Assembly: GCA_965113315.1 (NCBI GenBank)
Contig: OZ220369.1
Length of the DNA: 64,000 nucleotides
Source of the DNA: Podarcis vaucheri
Lineage: Eukaryota
Strand: one strand, 5' to 3'
Below the pieces are notes generated by a model. The model did not search any database. It worked only from the letters and a program-made list of their open reading frames with translations, and was not told the DNA's origin. Both the position numbers and the translations under genes were made by a program. This document shows, piece after piece, positions 38,610 to 50,520 of this stretch (position 1 is its first letter; every line of letters begins with the position of its first letter).

Positions 38610-39240
38610 AGAATGTTCAGCAGAAAAGGCTTGGCTTGATTAATATTTTCCGCTGTCCGGTAACCATGGCAATTGGGTCAGCAGATATAATACTTAATTT
38701 AATCTTCCAACTGCCTCCGTGTGCATCACCAATGTCCCGAATAATAGAAAGCTTTTGCCTCTCTCCTTCGCACTCATTCTCCCCCTCCCCCCTCCCCCTT
38801 CCCTCTTTTGCTGTTGTCTTGCATATATCTTTGCCAGTGGCTCCCTCACATGACCCTAAAGGTATAAACTGTTTTCTTCGTTCACTTTACGCAGTTAAAA
38901 AAAATAATAATTCTGGCCATCCCTCTCCCCCCCCCGCCAGCTGATCCCCCACAACACACATCAGTCCAATCCCCCTCCTGCCTGCCCGCCCCACCACCAA
39001 CACCACTTCTCCAGCAGCCAATCTCCACGGTATGACAAGGGGAAACGTGGGGAGATTCGGAGAGCTTTCATAGCAGCACTGTAAGGTTTATGAGCCACCC
39101 TCTCCAGCCAAATGAACCCATGTGGATTTTCCTGCCCGTTGCAAAGCTCGCATGATTGGCCAAGACGGACGTGATGGCCCGGTCTGCTCTCCAGGTGGGT
39201 CAAGCGCCTCGCTTTGTCGCCTTCGACCCCCGCTCACCTA
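38610..39240. promoter_or_regulatory. CNE-like block plus promoter-like segment
   Basis: RFX X-box-like GTAACCATGGCAAT (38660-73). CCAAT boxes at 38966, 39018 and 39155 (reverse). GC box at 38985. CpG retained. Confidence 0.45.
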
Positions 39241-40214
39241 TTTCTCATTTATTTCTTGCTCTTCCTTTCCCTTTGATAATTCTCCTCTTGTATTTCTGTT
39301 TCATTTTGTTTGTTTAAGCTGCCATGTTTTGAACAGAAAATGAACCCCTTGATGGCGGGGATCTAAGGGCTGGGGAGACCTGGTTGTCTGGGCCTGGGCA
39401 GGCTTCAAGGAGGCAAGAGGAACGGGGAGAGGAAGAGGGTCTTTTATCACGTTCAAAGAATTGCTGTGAATTCCAGGAGGCAGGTGAACTGGTGGGCGCC
39501 TTCCACCATCCTTCATGTGTCAGAATTAAAGAGGCGATTCTCCAGCTGTTGGCAAAGCTTTGGTGGGGAGGGTGTGTGTGTTGTGGGGGGGGGGTGCCTT
39601 TGCATAGTGAAAGAGAGGCAATAGGAGAGGCTAGTTGGATCGAAGGGCAGGCCTTCATGTCCCTGAGCACATTCCTTTTAAGCAGGAGAGGAGGTGGCTA
39701 TCCATTTGCTATTCGTATAGACCCCGGGCAAGAGGCCTTGCAGAGCCTGGTCACAGGGTCTCTGTGTGGCTTTGAGAATGACCTGGGTCGTTGCTGCAGA
39801 TGCTATTACTTGCCCTGAACCAGAGTGACAAGTAATTGGCTACAGCAATCGAGGCTTCTAAAGATCCCAGGCATCTGGGCCCACCTGACTCCCTGAGAAC
39901 ACAAAGTGACCCTGAGGGAACAGGCCAGGCAGGATATGGGGAGGCAAAGTCACCTTTAAGTAACCCCCGCTAAAGAGGAATTGACTGAGAAACAGATTCA
40001 AGCTGGGGAGTCGGGTCCATTTGAGGGAGGCAGAAGGTGTCATTCAGGTGTGTGAGATTCTACCTGTCTTTATGGCTGTGGATATTTGTAACGGCTCAGA
40101 GTGGTCAAAGAAGCAGCCACAACATACCAGAGGCTGCTTTGCTCCCCATTTACATTTGTAGCAGTGATGCATCACATGTCCTCCATGCTGCACTCAATAA
40201 AATTGTAGGCAGCA

Positions 40215-40348
40215 TTGCAAACAAAAATGTATAAATTCAGAGAAATTCACACTAAAATACTGATGAATTTTCATGAGGACTTCTTTAAAAAAAATCTGCA
40301 AAAAAGGAAAAGCTGAGAGAAACCAAAATTTACAGATTCACCCATATT
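40215..40348. mobile_element. Fragment of the 318-723 family (opposite orientation)
   Basis: GAGAAATTCACACTAAAATACTGATGAATTTTCATGAGGAC...TTTACAGATTCACCCAT is the reverse complement of parts of 318-470 and 3455-3610. Confidence 0.65.
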
Positions 40349-41220
40349 TCCAAACCTCTGAGCACCCAGGATCATTAAGATCTACACCTGGTTTTGAACG
40401 ATGCTCATGCAGCTACTTCTGCCATTTTATCCGCTCTGTCACGTGCACCCAGTGCAATCAGGAAGTGCAGCCGAGGGCCGTTTGCATGCCTGGTTTGTCC
40501 CCAATTGGTCAGGGGTCCTGCTGGCAAAATCTAGCCAGAGGCCTCATCAAGGGTTTGGGCCCCTGCTAAGATGCTTCAGAAAAGGAGCTGGACTTCCATA
40601 GAAGGGCCTGGCCTCTAGCATGGTGGAGTAAGTGGTGGTGGTGGTCAAATGAGTCTTTGGGGGGTATATTACAATGAAGTAGTATATAAACATTGTATAA
40701 TAAATAAAACAAACAAACAAAATGAAGTGAGCAGGTGCTTGCTTAAATATATTCGTTATACGGATTTGTCAGATTGGTACTGGTCGGAATTAAATGTGCT
40801 CCTACCCTGTCAGGGGCTAAGAGAGGGAGTGCTCTTCAGGTGATGAAGTGTAAGACTCTGAAACAGAAGGGGAAGGGTATGTAGGCACCCTCTGAAGCAT
40901 TCCTACCTGAGGAGCCTGCAGGGCCAGTGTCCTCCTCCTCACCCTGCAGCCAGAGGATGCCATTCTCAGGCTTGGAAGGCTCCATGGAGGACTCGTTGCA
41001 ACCGGAGACTCCACTCCATTGCAGCAAGAGACTAATGGAGAGGGCTGGGCCCTTTAAGCAAAGCAGAACTTTCCAGTGCCTGCCAGGCTTGTGGTTAGGA
41101 GACAGCTGTTCTGCTGCAGCCACATAGGGCTGGGTGAGGTTCAGTTTGTTCCCTGCTGAAGTAACATAGGAGCTGTGCGGCCACAGAGCCAAGCCAGAGC
41201 CCCTGCATTCAGCCAGAACC

Positions 41221-41277
41221 CATACCCTCCAACATTTCTCCAATGAAAATAGGGATGTTCTATTCTATTCTATTACT

Positions 41278-41322
<45 letters not shown>

Positions 41323-41618
41323 CCCAGCCCATCTGACTGGGATGCCCCAGGCACTCTGGGCAGCTTGCAACATATATAAAAACATAATAAAACATTAAGC
41401 ATTAAAAAACTTGCTTGTACAGAGCTGCCTTCAGATGTCTACTAAAGCTTGTATAGTTCCATCTTTGTGGCTTGAGGGTCACATAACTCCATACCCTCCA
41501 ACATTTCTCAGATGAAAATAGGGACGTCCTAAGGAAAAGTAGGACATTCCAGGGTCAAATCAGAATGGCTTCTGTAAATCCAGGACTCCCTGGAAAATAG
41601 GGACACTTGGAGGGTCTG
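41221..41618. mobile_element. Composite MITE with duplicated left end enclosing an L2 3' tail
   Basis: Left end CATACCCTCCAACATTTCTC..ATGAAAATAGGGA at 41221 and again at 41490; right end TTGGAGGGTCTG at 41607-41618. Between the left ends lie (TAT)n and an L2 tail homologous to 16439-16611. Confidence 0.85.
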
Positions 41619-43084
41619 CCCTCCTGCCTCCACTCTTGCCTTGGCCTGCTGGTATCCAGCCTGAGCCTGATGGCAAGACAAGGCTGCCTCAGGCAAGATG
41701 CAGAAGGGGGCAAGGGCACTTTTAAGAGATGAGAAGCTAAGAACCTTGTGGCTCCCTGCAAAGACAAGACCACAGTTCTGAGGTCAGGCTGGAGTCCATA
41801 GCCAGGGAAATTATCCAAGGGCTGTGGGAGGAAGGAAGCAAAGGTGCTGCTATCTGAGAGGGGAGATGGCCTGATGGGGACTCAGCCCAAGTGCTTTCCA
41901 GAGATGCCCTCTGGCCAAGAAGCAACAGTTCTGGCTTTCAAGCAAGGGCAGTTGCCTGGGCCTGGGTCCAAGCCCTGTTTGATGGCTCCCAGAGCAGCCT
42001 TTGCAAGCCAGGTGGGCTTCCTCCAAATCAGTTAGCCTTGGAAGGTGCACTACATATGGAAAGAAATGAGCCCCATCCCTGCCAAACCCCAAATAGGTAT
42101 TCCCCTGATTACATGGGAGCTCTTCTTCCAAACTTTCCCTAATTAATTCTGAGCACTCATTGAGATTTTCCATTCCGTTCACAGTTTGATTCTTGCTCTG
42201 AGGTGTTTCTAATAAGTGCTGTCATAGAGTCTTCAGTAGAATTCTTTACTTTAATGGATCTTTCGAAAGTGACTCCAATTCTGTTTCATTTAGATGCTTC
42301 CTCTGATTGTCAGTTTCATCCATGCTATTGGGCTTGATTATCGACTGAGAGCTGTAAATCGCAGACACTCAGAAGGGCATCAGAGAAGGGAGAGAGAGAG
42401 AGAGATTTAAACTGGTTAAATGTTTCATAATGACACATTTCAGGCTTGCCATGATGCATGCATGTTCCTTTCTAGCAGTAAATCTGATCACGGCAGGCAT
42501 TCTTTCTACTCCTAAACTGGACCAACTTTGCTGTTCTGGAAACTGCTCTCTTTTTTCCTTCATGGAGGAGAAGCACAAACATTTGAAGTTTGAAAGTTGG
42601 GTTTTATGGCCCAGTCCATCTTAACCTCAGGGCAGGCAGCAACCTCATATATCCCTTCAGCTATGCCATGTTAGGAAGGTCAGTTGCTGCTATTCCTGTC
42701 CTGTAGAAACTGGGCTTGTGCAAGCCCCTCCGAGAGTTTGTCTCCCTAGTGGAAGGGTGCCTATTCCTTTCAGGTTCAGTTTTAAGATAAATGTGGCTGT
42801 TGAACTTGTGGCAAAACTCACCATTGGGCCTGGGATTCACCCATACAAGATATGCTGTGATCTCTTTTCCTAGATGTGCGAAGGAAGGTTGTAGCTGAGT
42901 ACTGGACTGTTTGCTTTGTACAACACAATCCTCCGAATCCACACATGGCATCTTCTGCATAGCATCTGACTGAGGAGTAAGATACCCACCACCCACAATA
43001 TCCAGCTCGTAGCGCTTATGGGTGCTGCCAGTGTATAGGGACATATGAAGAGCTAGTCTCTTCCCTGAGCCTGAGTTTCCAGGG

Positions 43085-43217
43085 AGGCAAGAAGCAGGAG
43101 GGGGCTTGTTGTCTTCATGTCCTGCTTGTGGGATTCTGAGGGTCACCCAACTGGGCACTATGGAAGAGTAGCTGGACCATTTGCATGATCCAACAGGGCT
43201 GCTATTATGTTCTTATG
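43085..43217 (+). mobile_element. Old CR1-type 3' end
   Basis: Ends GGACCATTTGCATGATCCAACAGGGCTGCTATTATGTTCTTATG, resembling a squamate CR1 terminus. Confidence 0.55.
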
Positions 43218-44555
43218 GGAAAGTCTATCCGTGGCAGAGGGGAGCAGACATGAGATGCTGCATAGACAACCACTGTCGGCAGTTCACAGCATCATCAAGA
43301 GGTGAATCTGTCTGTCTGCAGATCTGTTTAGCCCAGAGTTTTTAGCAAGCTCTGCTCAGTTTTAAAATGAAGTGCAGCATCGGAACTCCTTCGTTTCCTC
43401 TTGTACAGGAGCAGGATTTGTGGGCTGTCAAGTAGCTGAATGAATACAGATGGCTGTGGCTACAAAAATTCCCAAAGGAATGTTGCAGCCCCCCCCCCAG
43501 CTCCCCCAAGGGGAAACCTGCATTAGAAAACATTTTCCCTGCTGCCATTTGCTACCAAGACTGCAAATCTGAAGGTGTTCCAGCCCTCTCAGCTGCCATT
43601 CCCCACAACTGTCCCGCTTGAAGTGAGACATCACAGAATTACGGAAGCTATCCTGGCTTCTGATGGGATCCCAGAATGTCCTATTTGGCTTCCACAAGAT
43701 CACAGCCCCCAAAGACACTCGTTTTGGGGGCCCCGTGCTCTCACACGAGTTATCTGGCTCTGAAAAGATGCACGTTTTTCGGAGCTGTATTCTTACACGA
43801 GTCACATGACTCACACGGGCGTGCAGCCCCAAAAGACATACAGCCGGATTTTCCTCTGTGGCATGTTGGAGGGTATGCAGCTGCAAAGCATTTATGGGAT
43901 AGAGTGGGAGTATCATCCAAGGCCTGGTTTGCTGCTGTTTGTGGGAGGAAGGTGTGAGCAGAGCAGTGGGGAGCTGAAATCAATCATGGCAGGCCCAGGA
44001 CCTCAGAGGAGTCCTTGTCCAGCAGAAGAATCTAGGTCAACCATTCCTAGTGGCAATGGCTGCTGAAGAATCCCTGACTCTAGCAGGTAGGCCGAAGAGG
44101 CCAGAGAGGCAGTAGGCCGCCATCTCTGCAGTTGGTGGCTGTTGAGTCGGTTGGGCTTGAGAGAAACGCCAACCCCAGCTCATCTGCAGTTTATGAGTGC
44201 AGCACCAGCCGTGCCTCTGAATTTACAGGGGACCATAAATCAGTGGTGTGTCCTCAGCCTGTGATAGTCTGCAAATTCTAAACTAATATCTTGCTCCTTT
44301 TCTGAACAGCATCATATTTATGGAAACTTTCCATAAATTGTGTGCCAAATGCCAGCAGCAGCACAATCCCAGAGGGATGGAGATGTACAATTGCAAAACG
44401 AATAATTAATGGGAAATAGAAGAGAATCACTGTCATGGTGGCAGCAGCAGGCAGCGGGGAGCTGGTACTTAAGAAGACTAAACTTAGCAGTGTCAAATGG
44501 ATAAGCAGATTCTCTCCACCTATGGAAATCTTTGCTGCAGTGGTGGCTCCTTTGT

Positions 44556-44643
44556 AAGCCTTCCTCCCCAGCCAACATGTTGCTGAGGCTAATGGGAGTT
44601 GTAGTTCAAAACACCTGGAGGGCATCTCAGTTGGGTGAAACTG
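44556..44643. mobile_element. Degenerate hAT MITE fragment
   Basis: ATGGGAGTTGTAGTTCAAAACACCTGGAGGGC. Related to 61532-61667. Confidence 0.55.
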
Positions 44644-45362
44644 GTCCAGAGGTCAAGGAAAGGAGGAAGATGAAGAAGGAGGAGGCAACTCAGAGAAGGT
44701 TGTCCTGAAATCCTAGAGAGGACGTAAGGTTCTCCTGAGGTCATTGCTGCAAGCTAGTCTTTCTCGAGAGCCCTCCTAGATCTGAGGGATGTTTATGACT
44801 AACTTAAGGACTTCAGTGATGTTGGGCTGATTCTCACAAGAAAGCACACAGAGGCAATGGGCAGCTGGTGTCTTAAATCTGAATGTAAGAAATTCCCATT
44901 GCACCTCCCAACCTTGTTCCATCATACTTTTGCTCACCTGCACTGCCACAGAGGAACTGGGAGTCACCTAGGGCAAGGGGATCCCGTTGACGCTTTCAGA
45001 AGAAGGGTGTGAACAGTGCTGCTTAGCATTCTGGGAAATCTTACACGTAGCCAGGACTCTGGTGGAATTTTCTCAAATTTTCTTCTCTTGTCTTCTTCAT
45101 CTGGCTAGGCCAGGTGGCCAGGTAGATGCGGGCAAGGGAGCGTGTCTGGTATAGAGTAGCCATGCTGTTGAAGGCAAACCAGAAGGCTTGTTCAGGGGAG
45201 AGATCAGAAGCAGGAATCACCTCGGTTCATCTGCCCCACCAAGTAGCAGTGCCTTCAAGAGGCCCACAAGCAGGGATAAGTGCTCCAAGCTCTGTGCCTG
45301 CCAGCAAATGTTAGGAGCGGTATAGGCTAAACCCAGAGCATCTTCCACAGACCAACCATGAC

Positions 45363-45508
45363 AAACAGCCATTGACAGATCTCCCCACTCACCCATGAAT
45401 CCCTCTAATCCCCCTTTAAACCTCCCTGTTCTTTCTCTCTGTTGTAGGGCTATCACTGCATCCCACAGCAGTGGATCCCATAAATCAATTTTCACACAGC
45501 CTTGTGTG
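45363..45508 (-). mobile_element. CR1 LINE fragment, degenerate
   Basis: AGCCATTGA...CCATGAATCCCTCTAATCCCCCTTTAAA...ATCACTGCATCCCACAGCAGTGGATCCCATA resembles the reverse complement of the CR1 ORF2 end. Confidence 0.5.
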
Positions 45509-45899
45509 CCAAGAGCCCCCCCCCCCCCGAAAACCAAGCAAATGAGAGAAAGCACAGCCTGCCATTCTGGGGAAGTCCCTGTGACAGAATACCCAGTTCT
45601 CCATCTCCTGGCCTGGCCCACAGGGCACCTCCAGAGGCTCCCCATCCTTCTCCACCTCAGGACAGGTGGGTTGTGCTTGCCAGGAAGATGGCAGAGAGAT
45701 GCTCGTAGGCTGGGGAAGAGAAGCTTTGGTGGAAATGGGAAAGAACCCTTCAGTTAGGAGAAGGTGGTGGTTGTGGTGGTGGTTCCTTTGCCTGGAGGTT
45801 TGCATAAAAAGCACCCTCTCCTGCTTGGCCTCTGCTTGTGCTCCCCCCCCCACCATATGTGCACAACACCATTAGCTGGGAGAACCCTTGGAGGCCCCC

Positions 45900-46250
45900 T
45901 CCCATCCTGCAGGCATTTGCTTTACGTAAACCAGCTAGCAAACCGCTCTCTTCGTATTGATGTAGACATTACCACAAATCGCCACTTAGGGACCTGGAAG
46001 AATTGACTCGCTGGTTTCAGATCCAATACACATAACTTGATCAGACGCAAAGTTTAAGTACACTTGGCCGGCGTGCCAACTGCGCCCGACGTGGAAAGTG
46101 GCTCCTCTGCCGGCTCCTTAAAGAGGCCCTGAGGGGAAACAATGAAAAAATAAAGATCTGGGGTTAAGACATTGACTGCGGCGGTTTCTATGATGGAGAG
46201 TTAGCATAAGTATGAAAAAGTCGAGCATTGTTGTCATTGTGTGAGTGAGC
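45900..46250. promoter_or_regulatory. Candidate enhancer / CNE
   Basis: Unique, CpG-retaining, moderately AT-rich block with AACAATG (Sox), TTTACGTAAA and TATTGAT motifs. Confidence 0.45.
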
Positions 46251-46802
46251 TGTTCCCTTCAACTCGTCTGCACAGCTCATGAAGCCTTTCTGGGTTTGGG
46301 ATTTCGTAATCTCTTAGGGCTGCCCTGGATTCCTGCAGGAGTGGAGTGGGGAGGCTGGCCGCCCGTTACCCCAGGACCTGGGGGAGAGGTAATGGGCCCC
46401 CCAATCCCCAGGCACAGTTTGTTCCTCCTCTTTAATTCTGCCACACAGCCTGTGTCGCTTGCAGGGTCGTCCTCATACAGACTTAGTCCTCCCAGCATTG
46501 TGGGTGCCTCCCTGATTGGTGTTATTTAATGGCTGCTGTTGTGCTGCCTGGTTTGAAATAATAATAAACAAGAAGAAGAATGTAGAGAGCGGAAAGGAAT
46601 GAGAAACAGCTCAGGGTATGTGGAGTTCCTCTTTTAGTGGGTGAACCAGAAACAGGATTCAGGATGAGGTGTGGCCTGTGACGGCTCTTTACACTCCTGC
46701 CCCAGACATCCTCTGTCTTGACGCTCCTTTGAGAGGGACATCGCAGCAGCAGCAGCAGCAGCAGCATTCTCCACATCTGCTCACCTGGTTGAGTTTCATG
46801 CA

Positions 46803-46912
46803 CATCCACACCATACATCAGAAGCACATGGCTTCCCCCCAAGAATCATGGGAACTGTAGTTTATCCTTCACAGAACTATAATTCCCAGCACCCTTAACA
46901 AATGCAGTTCAA
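46803..46912. mobile_element. Short hairpin-type MITE remnant
   Basis: GGCTTCCCCCAAGAATCATGGGAACTGTAGTT...AACTATAATTCCCA internal inverted structure, resembling squamate MITEs. Confidence 0.55.
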
Positions 46913-48658
46913 AGCACAAATGTGACTGCAACAGTTCAATATTCCCAAATCCCTCATTTCCCCTTTTATTGCTGGCTCAGAGCTGCATTCATGGCATCCC
47001 CCAAAACTGCCCCCCACCCAGTGCTGATACTGTGCAGGCACAGACCCAGTCATCTGGCTCCAGGCCTTTCTCTGGACACCATGCAACAAGGGAACTTTCC
47101 AGTTGCCTGGCTCAGCCAAATTCCAGAGCCCTCTGGCTGGGTCCTGATGCGACTGGCAATGGCCTCATGCACTTCAGAAGGAAGGAGGGAGGCCTTCCTT
47201 GGACATCTGCCTCACTTCCTCTGTCCCTGTTAGCTTCATCCAGAAACCTGAGTGAACCTTGGGCACATCTTGCAGTTTTCTTGCAAAAGGAAACACAGTA
47301 CAGTTGCAGAGCAGGTGGCCTGCTGCACTATGTATGTGAAACTTCTCACACACTCTGCTACCCTGACCCAGTAGTATGGAAAACCCTCAAGACTTGGGAG
47401 GAAAACAGTCTCAGGTGTAAACTTGGGGGCAGCGGCTGGGGCTTCTTGAATGTGACATTTGGTCTCCTGGCAGGGAGATCAAAGAGGCCACTCATTTTCA
47501 GACTTGCGGTATCTGCTGTGAGAGGTCAGGAGCCACTGAAGATGTTGGCAGAGCATTTCAAGTTCTCAGCGGCTGGGACCTTCATCCCGGGCAGGCACAT
47601 TTGGGAGCAGGCTAGGACCCCCCATTTGCAGCAGAGGAAAGAAGAAATCATGAGTTGGGACTGTTCAAAGATGTCTAGCCCTTCAGGGACCAGGAAGCAC
47701 ATCCTTCCATGTTGCTGCAGGTCTCAGTCCTCACTCACAACAAAGGTGGCGGCGGTGGGGGGTGGGTGGGCGGGCGGAGCAGGGACAAGAACATTGTCTG
47801 GATCAGCCACTGGCACTTTGGCTCTGCTGCAACTCCATCTTCGGATTGGATTTTATATTATCCACCATGTGATCTTGCCTTGGAAAAGTCCAGCAGGGGA
47901 CTGCAGACTATTTTCTTGTTACTAAACAAGGAGGCATTAACTGCACCATCTAGAAATAAAGAGAGAGATTTGGCGTGGGGGGGGGACGGAGGCAGGCGCC
48001 CGCTCTTTTCTTCTTGCTATTATTATTTGCGACAAAGCCCCTGGTCCATTTTTCTTCATAATTTGTAGGACTCCTAATGGGAACCGCACCTCCCAATTAC
48101 CATGGCTGCCAAAGGCTAATTTTGTTACCCTCAGGATCCACAATAGAGAAACTGTGTCAGCCCTTGGGAGGCATTTGCATACCCTACATCCCAAGAATGC
48201 AAAGCAGCCGCCTGGCCTCAGTGCCATGCTGCTTGTGGCAATTAAGGGTCATTAGCTGGGCTGGCTCCCTCTCCTGCTTTCCTTTTCCTTGTTTTTGGGG
48301 ATGCCTAGAAACTTCCTCATCTTCTTTGTCAGGAACTGGTACCCAAGAGGCAACATGATGTCTGACAACTTCTCAGGACTTCATCCCTGCCTCCCCATCT
48401 TGATTCTCCTTGGACTGGTGTGTGTGGCGCAGGTGTGTGTACCTGCGCTATAAACTCCTTGTGCAGTTAGCTCGGTAAGGGCTTTTCCAGCAATCTCTGC
48501 ACAAGAGTCCCAGATGGATTTGGACCTTTGCATGTCTGTTTTCCTCACCCTGACAAAGTCCTCCTGATTCAGAGGCAAGAGCATTGTATCCCTCCTGGCT
48601 GAAGGGCAAGAGATACCTTGCTTGTCCCATCCCCCCACCTGCCTTTCTGTCTCTAGTA

Positions 48659-48730
48659 CAGTGTTTCCCAACCTTTTTTGGGCAAAGGCACACTTGTTTC
48701 ATGGAAAAAATCTCGAGGCACACCACCATG
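48659..48730. mobile_element. hAT-Charlie-like terminal fragment
   Basis: CAGTGTTTCCCAACCTTTTTTGGGCAAAGGCACAC terminus. No second end found. Confidence 0.5.
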
Positions 48731-48805
48731 CCAGATGGGGAAAGGTCACTTTTTACTTATGTAAAATAAAAATAAAAAAATAGTAACAGCATAGAAGGTA
48801 GAGAA

Positions 48806-49053
48806 GGTAGGACTCGAACCAGTGGATTCACGTTACAATAAAGATTTTGACTAAACATGGGAAAGAACTTTCTGCTGGTAAGGGCTGTTCAACAGGGGAA
48901 TGGTCTCCCTCGGGAGGTTTTTCCCTTCTTGGAGGTTTTTAAGCAGAGGTGGGATGTCTGTCTGCCATGGATGCTATGGCTGAGATTCCTGCACTGCAGG
49001 GGTTGTACAGTACTGGATAGCCCTGGGGATCCCTTCCAACTCTACGATTCTAT
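48806..49053 (+). mobile_element. CR1 LINE 3' end (decayed ORF2 C-terminus plus tail)
   Basis: Translation GRTRTSGF...KNFLLVRAVQQGNGLPREV.PFLEVFKQR matches the CR1 ORF2 C-terminal motif (NFLTVRAVxQWNxLPREVV.SPSLEVFKxRLD). Ends CCCTTCCAACTCTACGATTCTA. Confidence 0.92.
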
Positions 49054-49164
49054 TAGGATCCCTTTTATAAAAGAGAGAACTTTAATGGCAGGGCCATTAT
49101 TTATTTCGGCTTCTCCCAACGGGGCCACGAAGGATCAGAAAAGCTGAAGAAGAGACCCTTCCTC

Positions 49165-50030
49165 AGAGGAGGCGGGAGACCACCGGACCCGCCGAGGAGG
49201 GGAATCCGGCCGCCTTTCCCTCCAGAGCTTCGCCATTTGCCCCGGCCAAGTTGCGCCGAGGGCGCCTTGCGGGCTCTGCGTGGCTTCAGGCGGAGCCTAG
49301 GAGCCACTTCCCAGCCTGGAGGGCAGGCTGTGCGCGGACCCCGCCACTCTCGGGGCGCGATCCAGACCTGGCTGCCTTCCACGGCCAGCAGAGGTAGGCC
49401 GCCGGCTTCTAACCCGGCGGAACTGGGGCGTCGCGGGCGCAGCGCCGCGCTCCCCGCTCCTCCCGCCCCGCCCCCTTCTCCCGGGTGCCCCCTCCCTCCT
49501 TTGTTCTCCGGAGCCCCGCCTCCCCCTCTGTCCCAGCTCGCCTATTGGCTCACGCAGCCGCCACTCAGGTGGGGGCCCGCTTTGGCCCCGCTCCCCGGCC
49601 GCCGAGAGAGAGTGGGAGCGTGCGGGGCTGGGCTGGGCGGCCGGGCGTCTCCTTCCCTGCGCTGCTTCGGCCGCGTCTGCAGCCGCCGCGGGACCAGGCG
49701 GGAGGCCAGTCATGCCCAGACACTGCCAGCCGCTCGGAAGGAGCCGTCGCTCCGCCGGGCAGCGCCTGCCTGCACGCCCCTCGCTCCCTGCGCCGAGGAT
49801 GGCGGGGGCGCAGGGCGCAAGGCAGCGCCGGGGCTGCTGGGCAAGCGGCAGATGCTGATGCAGTTTGGGGAATTCCTGTCACAGGGAGCAAGGCAGAAGT
49901 GGATGACGGGGCACGTTCCCCGGGGGAGCGGGGCCGGAGGATTAGCCCGACTCGCCCGCCTCCCTCCCACAGCACACTAGGCAACGTCCGGCGGCACACT
50001 AGTGTGCCGCGGAACACCGGTTGGGAAACA
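49165..50030. promoter_or_regulatory. CpG island with promoter elements
   Basis: Very high GC and CpG over ~870 bp. GC boxes at 49462 and 49514, CCAAT (ATTGG) at 49544. Associated gene not identifiable. Confidence 0.85.
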
Positions 50031-50344
50031 CTGCTCTAGTACCTCTCCATTCCACGCACACCTCTTTGGGCTTCTTTGCTGCCTATTGCCTCTTTGATGG
50101 CTGGCTGGGTGCTTATGAACTGGGATAGGTCCACCATTGTGACCTAAAGCCCATTAACAAAGAGCTGGACCTTTGTAGGAAGGGGCACAGCTCAGCTACA
50201 CTGGCCACCCATCACATAACAAGGGGCATCATCTATCCTACAATGTACCTGTTTCAGTGTACACACTATACCTTTAGAGCACATTTGAAACACCTTATTT
50301 TGCTGTAGTTTATTAGCTGCAGTTGCAACCCTCTCTAAAGTGTC

Positions 50345-50465
50345 CCTGGGGCTAATCTGCAGCCCTCCAGATGTTGCTGAACTGCAGTTAACATGACCCA
50401 CATTTGGGGGTGATGGAATCTGTAGTCCAGGACCATTTGGAGGGTCACAGCTTAGATGCCCCTGA
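50345..50465. mobile_element. Degenerate hAT MITE
   Basis: Inverted structure CCCTCCAGATGTTGCTGAACTGCA...TGTAGTCCAGGACCATTTGGAGGG. Confidence 0.6.
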
Positions 50466-50520
50466 TGTGCCCCCTCCAAGTTCTGGAGTGATGAAATGGC
50501 TGGCTGTAAAATGGTGTGAG

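Noticed and set aside
46969-47925. Longest ORF (318 aa)
   Set aside because: No ATG at the listed start, no recognisable domain, composition typical of translated non-coding DNA, and no supporting exon structure.
49712-49858. MPRHC... start resembling the THAP7 N-terminus
   Set aside because: Lacks the second Cys and the downstream THAP motifs, and stops after 48 aa.
49237-50039. Overlapping 138-247 aa ORFs in the CpG island
   Set aside because: Stop codons are depleted in GC-rich DNA, and Arg/Pro/Ala/Gly-rich ORFs appear in several frames on both strands.
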